Origin: Chiloscyllium plagiosum
Lineage: Eukaryota
Reading direction: 5' to 3'
Length of the DNA stretch: 64,000 nucleotides
Assembly: GCF_004010195.1 (NCBI RefSeq)
Contig: NC_057718.1
Span: 5,747,110 to 5,811,109 of the forward strand
This document shows, in pieces, positions 23,912-36,021 of the stretch (position 1 is its first letter; every line of letters starts with the position of its first letter). The position numbers and the translations under genes are program-made. The notes under the pieces were generated by a model. It was given only the letters and a program-made list of their open reading frames with translations, ran no database searches and was not told where the DNA came from.

Positions 23912-25599
23912 GACAGGAGTGGGAATTTGTGCTTGGAGTCCGAGGAGATAGGAGAGGTGCTAAATGAATATTTTTCATTAGTATTTACACTGGAAAGAGA
24001 CAATGTTGTTGAGGAGAACACTGAGGTACAGGCTATTAGATGAGATGGGACTGAGGTTCGTAAGGAGGAGGTGTTAGCAATTCTGGAAAGTGTGAAAATA
24101 GATAAGTCCCCTGGGCCGGATGTGATTTATCCTCAGATTCTCTGGGAAGCCAGGAAGGAGATTGCAGAACATTTGGCTTTGATCTTTATGTCGTCATTGT
24201 CGACAGAAATTGTGCCAGAAGACTGGAAGATAGCAAATGTTGTCCCCTTGTTCAAGAAGGGGAGTAGAGACAACTTTGGTAATTATAGAGCAGTGAGCCT
24301 TACTTCAGTTGTGGGTAAAGTGCTGGAAAGAATTATAAGATATAGGATTTATTATTAACTAGAAAGGAACAATTTGATTAGGGATAGTCAACACAGTTTT
24401 GTGAAGGGCAGGTCGTGCCTCGCAAAGCTTATTGAGATGGTTGAGAAGATGAATGAGGGTATAGTGGTTGATGTGGTGTACATGGATTTCAGTAAAGCGT
24501 TTGATAAGGTTCCCCATGGTAAGCTGTTGCAGTAAATATGGAGGTATGGGATTGAGGGTGATTTAGTGGTATGAATCAGAAATTGGTTAGCTGAAAGAAG
24601 ACAGAGAGTGGTGGTGGCAAATGTTCATCCTGGTGTTCAGTTATTAGTGGTATACCATAAGGATCTGTTTAGGGGCCACTGCTGTTTGTCATTTTTATAC
24701 ATGACCTGGATGATGGCGTAGAAGGATGGGTTAGTAAATTTACAAATGACTCTAAGGTCGGTCGAGCTGTGGACAGTGCTGAAGGATATTGCTGCTTACA
24801 GAGGGACATAGATAAGCTGCAGAGTTGGGCTGAAAGGTGGCAAATGGAGTTTAATGCAGAAAAGTGTGAGGTGATTCATTTTGGAAGAAGTAACAGTAAT
24901 ACAGAGTACTGGGGTAATGGTAAGGTTCTTGCAGTGTGGATGAGCAGAAAGATCTCCGTGTCCATGTACATAGATCCCTGAAAGTTGCCACCCAGGTTAA
25001 TAGGATTGTTAAGAAGGCATATGAACCATGGGGTTATGTTGCAGCTGTAGGAAACTATGGTGTGGCCGCACTTGGAGTATTGCGTACAGTTCTGGTTACC
25101 ACATTATAGGAAGGATGTGTAAGTTTTGGAAAAGATGCAGAGGAGATTTATGAGGATATTGTCTGGTATGGAAGGAAGGTCTTCTGAGGAAAGACTGAGT
25201 GACCTGAGGCTGTTTTCGTTAGAAGGAAGAGGTTGAGAGGTGACTTAATAGAGATGTGAAAGATGATCAGAGGATTAGATAGTGTTAGCAGAGAGAGACG
25301 TTTTCCTCGGATAGTGATGGCTAGCATGAGAGGACATAGCTTTAAATTGAGCGGTGATAGATATAGGACAGATGTCAGAGGGGTAGTTTCTTTACTCAGA
25401 GAGTAGTAATGGCGTGAAACTCCCTGCCTGCAACTGTAGTAGACTCACCGACTTTAATGTCTTTTTAAATGGCCATTGGATAAACATATGGATGATAATG
25501 CAACAATGCAGGTTAGTTCAGCTTCAGGCTGGTTTCACAGGTCAGCACAACATTGAGGGTCAGAGAGCCTGGACTGTGCTGTAATGTTCTGTGTTCTTT
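23912..25599 (+). mobile_element. CR1 LINE ORF2 (RT) to 3' end, inserted into a PLE terminal segment
   Basis: DKSPGPDVIYP..PEDWKIANVVPLFKKG..; QMEFNAEKCEVIHFG; PLE-terminus sequence continues on both sides with gaaag repeated. Confidence 0.92.
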
Positions 25600-25709
25600 G
25601 AAAGCAAGATAATATTTCGAGTCTGGCGATTCTTCATCAGAACTGTTAACAGCTCAGGAAAGGTGGTAATATATTGAAGTGACGTTTGTGGGAAGGGGTT
25701 GGTCTTGCA

Positions 25710-26046
25710 CAAGGTGACTTACTTGCCGATTTACTTCCTCCAACCTCAGTATCCAAGGCCTCAGGCACACCTTCCAGGTGAAGCAGCAGCTTACCTGCAC
25801 TTCTCTCAACTCATTTATTTCATTCACTGCTCAGAATGTGGTCTCCTGTATATCGGGGGAGATGAAACACAGATTTGATGACCGCTTTGCTGAACACCTA
25901 CACTCTGTCTGTAAAACATGACCCAGAGTTTCCCACTGCCTCCACTTCAACACACCACTGTGTTCCTACACCAACATTTCTGTCCCAGATCTGTTGCAGT
26001 GTTCCTTAACGCAAGTTCAAAGAACAACACTTCATTTTCCACTTGG
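25710..26046 (+). mobile_element. Penelope-like element GIY-YIG endonuclease fragment (pseudogenised)
   Basis: Across frameshifts: FQVKQQLTCTS..IHCSECGLLYIG/EMKHRFDDRFAEHLHSV..HFNTP..RKFKEQHFIFHLG. Confidence 0.8.
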
Positions 26047-26162
26047 TTCGACGTTTCGGGCACAGGCCCTTCCTGAAGAAGGGCCTGTGCCCGAAACGTC
26101 GAATCTCCTGTTCCCTGGATGCTGCCTGACCTGCTGTGCTGTTCCAGCAATAAAGTTTCAAC
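26047..26162 (+). ncRNA. PLE-type minimal hammerhead ribozyme motif (subfamily A) in a short hairpin insertion
   Basis: UUC-CUGAAGA-A-GGGC-CUGU-GCCC-GAAA-C-GUC-GAA at 26070-26103; 26071-26162 is the exact reverse complement of 32021-32112. Confidence 0.7.
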
Positions 26163-27703
26163 CTTCCTTTCTAAAGCAAACCTTGACCCTCACTGAGGGT
26201 CACTCTGATTCAGCGCATTGTTGGGTGGCGGATGAATGAATGAGAGTGAGAGTGAAAATGAAAAGCTTAAAGGTGCAATCACCAGCCTCATCGCATTCTA
26301 TTACCAACTTATGCTGAATAGAAATACTGTGCAGGTGACTGATCCAACAATGAACAATGGAAAGTAAAAGAGAAGAGCCCATTGTTCAGTTCTCAGTATC
26401 TGTCCTTTCTGAATTCTTAAAGGGACAGGAGAACGTCATCTGCCCCTCAAACCCACAGATCCTGTAGGGAAGGAGAAACGGTAGAGAACCAGAGAACGCC
26501 CACATAAAGTGAATGGCAAAAAGAGTCAAAAGTAACATAAGGAAGAACATTATTACACAGTAGTTCGGATCTGAGTACACTGATTCAGAGTGTGTTGGAG
26601 TCAGATTCATTTTAAACTTCTAAAAGGAGATTGGAGAAGAACTTGAAGATAAAAGAGTTTTGCAGGTCTCCAGGGAGAAGGGCTGGGGAATGGAACGAAA
26701 CTGAGTAACTCCTGCAGAAGACCAACATAAACATGATGGGTTGAATGGTCACCTTCTGTACTGTACTGAGACTCAGTAGCAGCTTCCTTACGCAGTAAGT
26801 GATTAAATTATATAGGTTGCTAGCACAGGTAGAGAACATGGACCATATTGAAGTCGGAGCTAGATAGATACATGAGAGATGAAGGAGGACGTGAATGTGT
26901 TGATAAGGTAAGATGGAGAAGGATAGGAAGATGCTCATGTGGAGTATAACATTAGCATGGAGCAATTGGACTGAATGGCCAGATTTGGTGCTGTATGGCT
27001 GAGGTAATTATGCAAGGTGACCCTTCATTCAGTTTAGGCCCAGCTAATCTGTAACTCAGATCAATTTAACCACTCTAGCTCTATATACCTTGACCAACAA
27101 ATATCCATCTAACAGTAACAGTGCGATGAGCCATTAACTTTCTTTGTGTTAATCACTTCTCTTGCATTGTCTCATTTTCATCTGAAGTTTGGGTTTAGTA
27201 TTTGGAGTGGGGGAATGACATTGACCCAGGATCTAAACTACCAGTTTTGGACTTGTCCTGAAAGCTAGTAATCTGCTAATCCTTCAAACATGTTCATCCA
27301 TCACTGGGTTATCAAGAACAGCCATTATATACTTTTTGTAAAAATTCTTTTATTTTCTTAAGAACAGTCATTATATTAATTCAACTTGATTGCACTTTGG
27401 CGTTAAAAGTAGATCGAATATTCTTTATTGACTTGCCTAAGGGTCACTTGACCCAAAACATTAATTCTGCTTTCTCTCCACTGATGCTGCCAGACTTGCT
27501 GAGCTTTTCCAGGAATTTCTGTTTGTGTTTCTAATTTCCAGCATCTGCAGTTCTTTGCTTTTTTTTGTTTGCTAAAACATACAGCTATTTATCTTATAAT
27601 GGTTTGTTGGGATCTCATAGTGCACAAATTAACTGTTGTGATTCCTACATTACAAACTGTGACTACACCTCAAAAGTCATTGAGTAACTGCAAAATGCTT
27701 TGG

Positions 27704-28090
27704 AGAGCCCGGGTGTCTCTGGAGAAAGAGCACACAGTGTCCACCAACACCCTCGAGATTTTCAGGGAGAGGTAGGCGCCGTAGGGAGTGGAGTGTATTA
27801 TTTCCCCCTCCAACTCTATTTTGATTTAATCCCTGTCCTCCCATTCACTGTTTGATCACGGTTTGAGAAGGGCACTGCTTGTCACTGGCCTTTCTTTCTT
27901 CCTGGTGGTGGAATATAAATAAAGAATTGCACACTTGTTGTTTTTCACTGTGTCCAACACCTGCACACACGTGACATCGGTACTGGGGAAACATAAGCAC
28001 TACCACCGGGGGTGGGGGGAGGAGGGGGGATGGAAGAAGAAGAAAAACAAAAATCAGGAGGTTCACTCTGAGAGCTGTGTCTGTGGAAAA
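27704..28090 (+). mobile_element. Tx1/L1-clade LINE 3' end with A-rich tail, inserted in a DeuSINE tail; TSD aaaatgctttgg
   Basis: RARVSLEKEHTVSTNTLEIFRER..GVECIISPSNSILI* C-terminus; TSD at 27692-27703 and 28091-28102. Confidence 0.7.
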
Positions 28091-29775
28091 AAAATGCTTT
28101 GGGTCAGCCTGTGGTCTTGTGAGGTGCTTTGTAAATTCCTTCCTTGCTCCTTGCCTCCCACAATTCCTTCCTCTCCTTTTCTCCTGTTTTGATTCCTACC
28201 CTCCCTACCTGGTAAATGCAACATTGAGCCAGTCAGTCATGAGAGCGGCCCGGTTTGAGACATAGTCTTGTTGTATCAGGCACAATGGTTAGGTACTGAG
28301 TTGCCCTCAGGACCAAGTTGTGCTTAAACCAGCTCATGGGGCCTCTTCCTAAGCACTAAAGTAAAAAGAATTCCAGCCAGAAAGTGATAAGCTCATATTA
28401 GACTGCAAACATGAACAGAGCTGTACCCCCCCCACCAAAAGCCTGGATCAGGATCCTTCAGGACAGTCAGGATGACATTCTCAGAGTGACATAGACACAG
28501 CTGAACATAAGTATGATATACACTAAAATAAAACAAAGAAGTTTGGTGCTGACGTTTGGAAACAAAGACAGACAGTGCTGGAGAAGCTCAGCAGGTCTCA
28601 CAGTATCTGTGGAAAGAAAGAACAGTGTTAACATTTCAAGTCCAGTGACCCTTGTTCAGTGACATGTGTTTTCCAAAAAAACTAGAACAGAAATTTCAAA
28701 CCAATACAAAAAGTAACAGTTCAAAGATCAGTTCAAAGATCAACTGTTTTATCTACCCATTAGGAAGCAACCTTGATCAGAATCTGCATTCCTCCTGCAG
28801 TGTAATCTGTTAGTGAGCCCTTTCAGGAGAAAGCTCTTCTCTAGGTAAAAGAGGCTGGGGAGTTCAGGGTGTATAGTATGGTTGGACCTGCCTTGAAACC
28901 TTTGTGAATTATGACAGAACAGGTGTGGATAGAATTGTTCCACTTGTGGTGTTTAACAGAATTAGGGGCGATCAAGATAACAGAATCATTAATAACCCTA
29001 AAAGGAAATTCAGGAGAAACCTCTTTACTCAGACACTAGTGAGAAAGTAATACTTGTTACAACAGGGAGCAGCGAATGGAAAGGAGGATAAGGATATGCT
29101 GATCAGCTGACAGGAAGAAACTTGGGAGGAGGGCATGTGGAGCATAAATACTATCATAACCTAGCTGGGCTGAATGGCCTTTTTCTATGCCCTTGATTCC
29201 AGGACATTCACTGGGTAGTCTATTCTTTCATATCACAGAAATGAAACACACGCTTTACACCATCTCTTTTTCAAAATTAGTTTAAGAGACTGTTAGGAAG
29301 GTCTCCCAGGATAAGTTGACTTTAGAAGGAACATACCTTGACAGTAAAGCAATATTGAGACTTTTAATGATCACAATGTCTTGGTGTGAGAGTCCTTAAT
29401 GCAATCAGCTGTAAATCTGTCTGCACTGTCAGAGGAAAATGTTCGTAAATTGCCATTAAGAGAGAACTTCAGGCTTCATGTGTCAGCCCATCAATTCTCT
29501 ACTATTATTATTTAATGGCTATTGAACTGCCTCGGTGTGTAATCTGTGTTAGTGGCTCCTCTTTTTCATTAGTATTACTTTACAAAGGCTCACTCGGGCA
29601 AACTTCATAATTCTTGCTATTTTCCTCCACAGATTTCCTTTCACACTCAGTAACAAAATTGACGTTAGTGACAGTAACTGTAGGATGACTTTTTTTCAAT
29701 ACGTGAGCCTATTGTCAATTTAAATACCCCAAAATAGATACAACATGGGGTAGATGTAGAGTAAAACTACCTCCA

Positions 29776-30098
29776 TGGGCTCTGCAGGGAGTGGAGTGTA
29801 TTATTTCCCCCTCCAACTCTATTTTGATTTAATCCCTGCCCTCCCCTTCACTGTTTGATCACACAGCATTGCCCTTTGATGTGAAGGGCACTGCTTGTCA
29901 CTGGCCACTTTGGAGTTTCCTTTCTTCCTGGTGGTGGAAATTTGAATAAAGATTTGTGCACCTTCTGCCCTTCACTGTGTCTCGCACCTGCACACACACA
30001 ACATGGGTGCAGGGGGACAAATAAGCACCACCGCAGCTCGGCGGCAGTGTGGGAGTGGAAAAAAAAAACAAAAAAAAAAGAAGAAAAGAAGGAAAAAA
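29776..30098 (+). mobile_element. Second Tx1/L1-clade 3' end with poly(A), inserted in a minisatellite unit
   Basis: Homologous to 27781-28050; TSD taaaactac(c/t)tcca at 29762-29775 and 30099-30112. Confidence 0.72.
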
Positions 30099-30521
30099 TA
30101 AAACTACTTCCACACTGTTCCTATCAAACGTTCCCAGAACAGGAACAGCACAGGGTTAGACAAAAAATGGAAGCGAAGCACTCGCTCAACTTTTGAACTG
30201 ATCGTAAAGCACCCATCTTTTGATGTCCCCATTATAAACTCCAAAGGACAGGGACAGCACAGACTTAGATATTGAGTAAATCACCCTCTATCCTTTGAAG
30301 CTAAATTTGAAGCTCTCTCCACACTATCCCCTTCAAACACTCTCAGGACAGTAGGATCACCGTGTTCAATCCAGAGTAAAACTTCCTTTACATTGTCCCT
30401 GACATACACTTTCAGGACAGGGTTTAATATTGTCCACATGCAACACTCCAAGGGTAGGTAGAGCATGGTTTGGTTGCAGTGTAAAACTGCCCCTGCACAC
30501 CATTACCAAAATAATCCCATT

Positions 30522-30750
30522 GTGGCTCAGTGGTTAGCACTAATGTCTTACAGGGACACATGTTCAATTCCACCCTCAGGTGACTGTGTGAAGTTTGCAC
30601 ATTCTCTCTGTGTCTGTGTGGGTTTCCTCCCACAGTCCAAAAATGTGCAGGTTAGGTAGACTAGCCATGACAAATGTGGAGTGACATGGTGAGTATGAGT
30701 AGGATCCTCATTCGAGGTTTGCTCTGCTTCCACACTGTAAGGGTTCTATG
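30522..30750 (+). mobile_element. HE1/V-SINE
   Basis: gtggctcagtggttagcact..tttgcacattctc..cccacagtccaaa. Confidence 0.8.
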
Positions 30751-31004
30751 TACAGTGGGGGTTAAATGCAGAATAGAGCACCCTTTACCCTGACTCAACT
30801 AAACTCTCCCAGGACAGGTGAGAAACTAGGTACATCATCCACCAATTCGGTCACATTCTGACCCAGTTAGTTCCTGAGTAAAGTTCCCTGTATATTTTGA
30901 ACATCAATTCCTTTCAGGGCAGGTACAGCACAGGGTTAGATAGAGAGTAAAGTTCCTTTTATATTATCCTCATCAAGCTCTCCCGGGGGGTGGTTAAATA
31001 CAGA

Positions 31005-31135
31005 GGGAGAAAGTGAGGACTGCAGACGCTGGAGTACCAGAGTTGAAAAATGTGGTGCTGGAAAAACACAGCAGGCCAGGCAGCATCCGAGGAGCAGGAG
31101 AATCGATGTTTCGGGCATAAGCCCTTCTTCAGGAA
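31005..31135 (-). mobile_element. PLE-derived hammerhead-motif element (subfamily A)
   Basis: Minus strand AUUC-CUGAAGA-A-GGGC-UUAU-GCCC-GAAA-C-AUC-GAU. Confidence 0.7.
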
Positions 31136-31860
31136 TACTGAATAAAGCTCCTTTTACTTTACTATCAGGCAGCTCATTGCCAATATTTCAAAACCACTCC
31201 TTGGGCTCAGATTCAATGAATGAGAGATTTTATAGAATGACAAGAACTGCCAAGATGGAGAAGGCTTATTAACAGTACAGGAAGATTAAAAACAAATTGA
31301 CAGGTTGACATTTGGGGAGCAGAAATATCCATTAGAAGTATGCACATTGCGTCATGAACTAGCCCGAACGTCAGAGGAAAGAATCAGTCTGAAAACAAAT
31401 AAAGGAGTAGTTTTGAATATGAAATGAGATTGAGTGTGCAGTGTACATTGTAGAAATTCTACATTCCACAAATAAAATTGTAAAAAATTGCATGTCTTTC
31501 ATATGCCTTAGACAAGCATCTGTAATACTCACTGTCTACCTGCTGGGGTCACTGCTCATTGTTCCAGTCATCACAGTCAATGGAGAAGTATGTTGTTATA
31601 TTCGTCCACAGGATGTGAGAATCTCTGGCTAGGCCAGCATTTATTGGCTATCCCGAATTGCCCAAAGGGCAGTTCAGAGTCAATGACATTGTTGTGGATC
31701 TGGAGTCACATGTAGTCCAGACCAGATCAAGATGGGGTTCCTATTATTGTAATGTTATAAGACCATAAGAAATTGGAATGGGAGTAAGCCATTTAGCCCC
31801 TTGAGCCAGCTCCACCATCCAATAGGCTCATGGCTGATCCAATATGGCTGATATTGATTA

Positions 31861-32520
31861 TGATATGGCCTAATGGAACCGGGTGTCTTGCTATTACTTA
31901 ATGAGCTTTGGGACCGACTTCAGTAGGTCTGCTAACTTTTGGCTGTAACTAGGAAATAAAGAACATGACATCTGATGAATTGTTAAAAATCCAACTGAAA
32001 CATTTGTAATCTCTGAGCCTGTTGAAACTTTATTGCTGGAACAGCACAGCAGGTCAGGCAGCATCCAGGGAACAGGAGATTCGACGTTTCGGGCACAGGC
32101 CCTTCTTCAGGAATGAGCCTCACAGACCTCACTTTCTCCCCTAATCTCTGAGCCTCTCCATCCTCCTGTGCACCACTGATTTTTAATCATTCAAACATTC
32201 CTCTCCTTGATCTCAGAGGGTTATCTACCTTGAGGGAAACACATGGGTAAAGCAGCATTTATTTTGGGACTTGTAGTTTCAGTGAAGACAGTTAGAGTCA
32301 GCCAGGTTCTGTAGATCAGGAGTTACAAACGTTTCAGTCTGAATCAAGGTGATAAAACTCCTTTCCTGAAGACATAAGTGGAACAGTCGGATTTCTAACA
32401 ATTCATCAGATGTCATGTTCTTTATTTCCGAGTTACAGCCAAAAGCTAGCAGACCTACTGAAGTTGGACCCAAAGCTCACTAAGTGATAGCAAGACACCT
32501 GGATCCATTAGGCCATATCA
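31861..32520. mobile_element. Foldback/MITE-like element with ~137 bp terminal inverted repeats
   Basis: 31861-31997 is the near reverse complement of 32384-32520; TA on both outer flanks. Confidence 0.6.
32021..32141 (-). ncRNA. Young PLE-derived insertion with complete minimal hammerhead motif (32079-32114); 14 bp TSD
   Basis: Minus strand AUUC-CUGAAGA-A-GGGC-CUGU-GCCC-GAAA-C-GUC-GAAU; taatctctgagcct at 32007-32020 and 32142-32155. Confidence 0.75.
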
Positions 32521-33049
32521 TAAGCCCTAAGATCTGGATTTCCCTTCCTAAACCTCTTCAGCTCTCTCTCTCTCTCTTTTCCCTCAAAATGGCCCTCAAA
32601 GCCTAACATTTTGAAAGAGTTTCTAGGCACCTGTGCTAACATCACATCATGTGGCTGTATCAAATCTGCCTGATAATGCCTTTAAAGCATTCTGGGACAT
32701 TTTATAACATTAAAGGGGCTATATAAATGAAAGTTGGTGTTTCTGTTCTGTTGCACAGATCTTTCCAATTAACACCCCTGCTGTAGTAGTCACAAGAAAA
32801 CTTACAAGAAGCCAGACAGGGTCTAAGTTTACCACTGTTGACAGAGAGCTTTAATAGTACAGCACTCCCTCAACATTGTTCTTGACATGTAAGCACAAAA
32901 TTTATTAACTGGCCTCTGGATTGGGACATGAACCAAGAGCCATCTGACTCAGAGATAAAAGTGCTACAGTCTGCACCATCTAAAAGATGAAGGGTTCACA
33001 AATTTCATTCACAATGATCTGTTCATGGTCAATTGGGGTTAAGATTGAT

Positions 33050-33510
33050 AGAGCCATAGAGCTGTACAGCATGGAAACAGATGCTTTGGTCCAACTCATT
33101 CATGCTGACCAGAAATCCTTAATTAATCTAGTCTCATTTACCAACATTTAGCACATATCCCTCTAAACTCTTTGTATTCATGTACCTACCCAGATGTCTT
33201 TTAAATGGTGTAATTGTACCAGCCTCCACCACTTCCTCTGGCAGCTCATTCCATACACATACCACGCTCTGCATGAAAACATTATCCCTTGGGTCCCTTT
33301 TAAATCTTTCCCACTCACCTTAAACCTATCCCTCTAGTTTTCGATTTCCCTACCCTGAGAAAAATACCTTGGCCAATCACCCTATCCATGCCTCTCATGA
33401 TTTTATAAACCTCCATAGGGTCACCCTGCAGCCTCTGAAATTCCAGGGAAAATAACCTCAGCCTATTCACCATCTTCCGACAGCTCAAACCTTCCAACTC
33501 TGGCAATATT
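33050..33510 (-). mobile_element. CR1 LINE 3' fragment
   Basis: LFSLEFQRLQGDPMEVYKIMRGMDRV. Confidence 0.85.
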
Positions 33511-33649
33511 CTCAGTTGCTCAGATTTGGGAATTTGTGAAGAAAGCAAATGATGTTTTGAATTTGTCAGAGTGAGGATGGAGAAAATATCTAAGGTCTAG
33601 AGAGTCAGTCCAAGGTCTGCTGTTTGGAAGAGTGTTCTTCTCAATCTTG

Positions 33650-33990
33650 AGACAATGATGCCACTGAGCTAGTCATCCACGGGCCTAGACCAATGCCCAA
33701 GGGACACAAGATCAAATCTAACCAGAGCATTTGGTGGACTTTAAAGCCAATTCATAATTCTGGAATATAAAAGTAGCCTCAGCAATGACTACCACAACAG
33801 CTATCACCAATTGTTGTAAAGCCTTGAATGGATCACCAATATCCTTTGGGCAAGGAAATCTGTCCTTATCTAGTCTGGCCTACATGTGACTCCAGCAATG
33901 TGGTTGACTCTTAATTGCCCTCTAGGCAATTAGACATGGTCAATAAATGCTGGCCCAGCCAGCGACTCCTTCATCCCAAGAAATAATACA
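33650..33990 (+). mobile_element. tRNA-headed SINE (second family)
   Basis: tgtgactccagcaatgtggttgactctt..aataaatgctggcccagccagcga tail. Confidence 0.7.
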
Positions 33991-34169
33991 TTTTAAAAGC
34001 TGGACTAATTATATTGGTCCCCAAACAATCCAGAGAATGGGAGTTCAAATCCCATCATGAGCAATTTGAGAAGGTGAATTTGATTTTTAAAGTAATTCTG
34101 GGAATGGAAAGTTGGGGTTAGTAAAAGTGACCGCAAGGTTGTTGGATCAAGTGTAGTTAGTTACTAATA

Positions 34170-34459
34170 GGGTGACATGGTGGCTCAGTGGCTAGCACTG
34201 CTGCCTCACAGCGCCAGGAACCTGGGTTCAACTCCTGCCTCAGGCAACTGTTTATGTGGAGTTTGCACATTCTCCCTGTGTCTATATTGGTTTCCTCCCA
34301 CAGTCCAAAGGTGTGCAGGTTAGGTGAATTGGCCATGCTAAATTGTCCATAGTGTTAAGTGTAGGGGAATGAGTCTGGGTGGGTTGCTCTTCGGCGGGTC
34401 GGTGTGGACTTGTTGGACCAAAGGGCCTGTTTCCACACTGTAGGGAATCTAATCTAATC
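34170..34459 (+). mobile_element. HE1/V-SINE, full length with (AATCT)n tail
   Basis: A/B boxes, V-domain, CR1-like tail gggcctgtttccacactgtagggaatctaatctaatc. Confidence 0.88.
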
Positions 34460-34914
34460 CTTTAGGGAAGGAATTTTGATGCCTTTACCTGGTGTTGGTC
34501 TAAATATAATCTCACAAATGGCACAATTTGCTCTTAATCTCTCCATTCAGCCCAATGCCCTCAAGCAACACATTAAGAGGCCACTGCCTCAATCCTAAGT
34601 ATGCGGCTATCTCCAAACATTTACCCATTTAGCAAAGGCTATTCATGGTAGAAAAAGTTTTAACTGATTTTTATAACTCATTCACGAGATGTGGGCACTG
34701 CTACATAGGCCAGAACTTATTGCTGTTCCCTAAACACATAAAAACAGAAATTGCTGGAGAAATTCAGCTGCAGCACCTGTAGAGACAAAAGGGATTTAAT
34801 TCTTCAAGTCCAGTGACCCATCTTCACTGCTTTCTTTCTACAGATGCTGAGCTTACCCAGCCCATTCTGTTTTTGTTTTAGATTTCTGGCATTCTTTAGT
34901 TTATTTACCTGAAA

Positions 34915-35278
34915 TGTACAAGATTCTTTGACAGGGTGGATATGGATAGGTTGTTGCCCCTTGTGGAAGACTTCCAGGCCAAAGGGCATAACCTCAGTTG
35001 GAGGAGTCACACATTTAAGACAGAGATGAGGAAGAATTTCTTCTTTCAGATGGAGTGAATCTGTGGATTCCTTTCCAAAAAAGAGCTGTTGACGTCCGGT
35101 CATTGAGTACATTCAAGGCTGAGGTGCATTCTTAATCAGAAAGGGAATTAAGAGTTTTAGGGAAAAGGCAGGAGAGTGGAGTTGAGGATTAGCAGGTCAG
35201 CCATGATCTCATTGTTTTGCGGAGCAGACTAAATGGGCTGAATGGCCTACTTCTGCTCCCATGTCTTATGGTCTTATT
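34915..35278 (+). mobile_element. CR1 LINE 3' end
   Basis: acagagatgaggaagaatttcttc..tcttatggtcttat tail. Confidence 0.8.
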
Positions 35279-35572
35279 CCCCTGGAGAAAGTGTGCCAAA
35301 TTGGTAAATAAATATAAGCACAGTTAATAATTATAAAGGTTCATGATTTTACCAACTGAATTGAACTATGTTAATGATCACTCTCTAGTAACAGGGTTAC
35401 CAATGAACTGTAATCTGTCCAGCAGGTAGTGGGTACAAACTAGGAATGTTACAAAACACAGTCAGCCCAGAGCCAGGCATGGTCTGTTCAAGCTGCTGGG
35501 GAAGGACAGTTCGACAAATGAATGTTAATTGGATTAGCTGGATCCAGTGTGGATTCCAGTCCAGCATTAAGG

Positions 35573-36021
35573 AGAGAATAAATGTCAGTGTTGATGAGCT
35601 GATGATGACATTTCTGTTTAAAAATACAGCCTGTGGGGACTAGTGCCGAAGATAATTGAGGAAACAATAAATAGTTTGCATGATTACTGGTGGAAATCAC
35701 ATTGGGTACAAGTTTAGCCAGTTGCTACTAAGTCTCTCCTTTCTACTGTTGAGTGAAATTGTGCAGTTATTTGAAAACAATTGGGTTGTGATTAGTGCTA
35801 AAGTAACTGATGCTAGGATATTTTATGGGGTGTGTTAAGAATGTAATGGTATAAAGGTACAACTGTCCCAGGGTTAAGTGTTTGTGAGCTCTCGTCTTCT
35901 CCACAGACACTGGCACTTCAAGGCGGGACTGAGTGAGTGTTGCATTGTCAGTGGTCCCATGTTTTAGATGAGATGATAAATTGAGACCCATTGTGGGTTG
36001 TTTGATGATGTCTTGGAACAA
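35573..36021 (+). repeat. 449 bp segment duplicated at 38586-39033
   Basis: Only one substitution and one 1 bp indel seen between the copies. Confidence 0.92.

Larger units (their letters stand above)
29745..31165 (+). repeat. Decayed ~69 bp minisatellite array with nested insertions
   Basis: Recurrent gggttagatacagagtaaagct..acactgtcccc..aaac..caggacagg units. Confidence 0.65.

Noticed and set aside
34170..34250. tRNA-like A/B boxes
   Set aside because: Head of an HE1 SINE; no cloverleaf or tRNA terminator, and it continues into the V-domain
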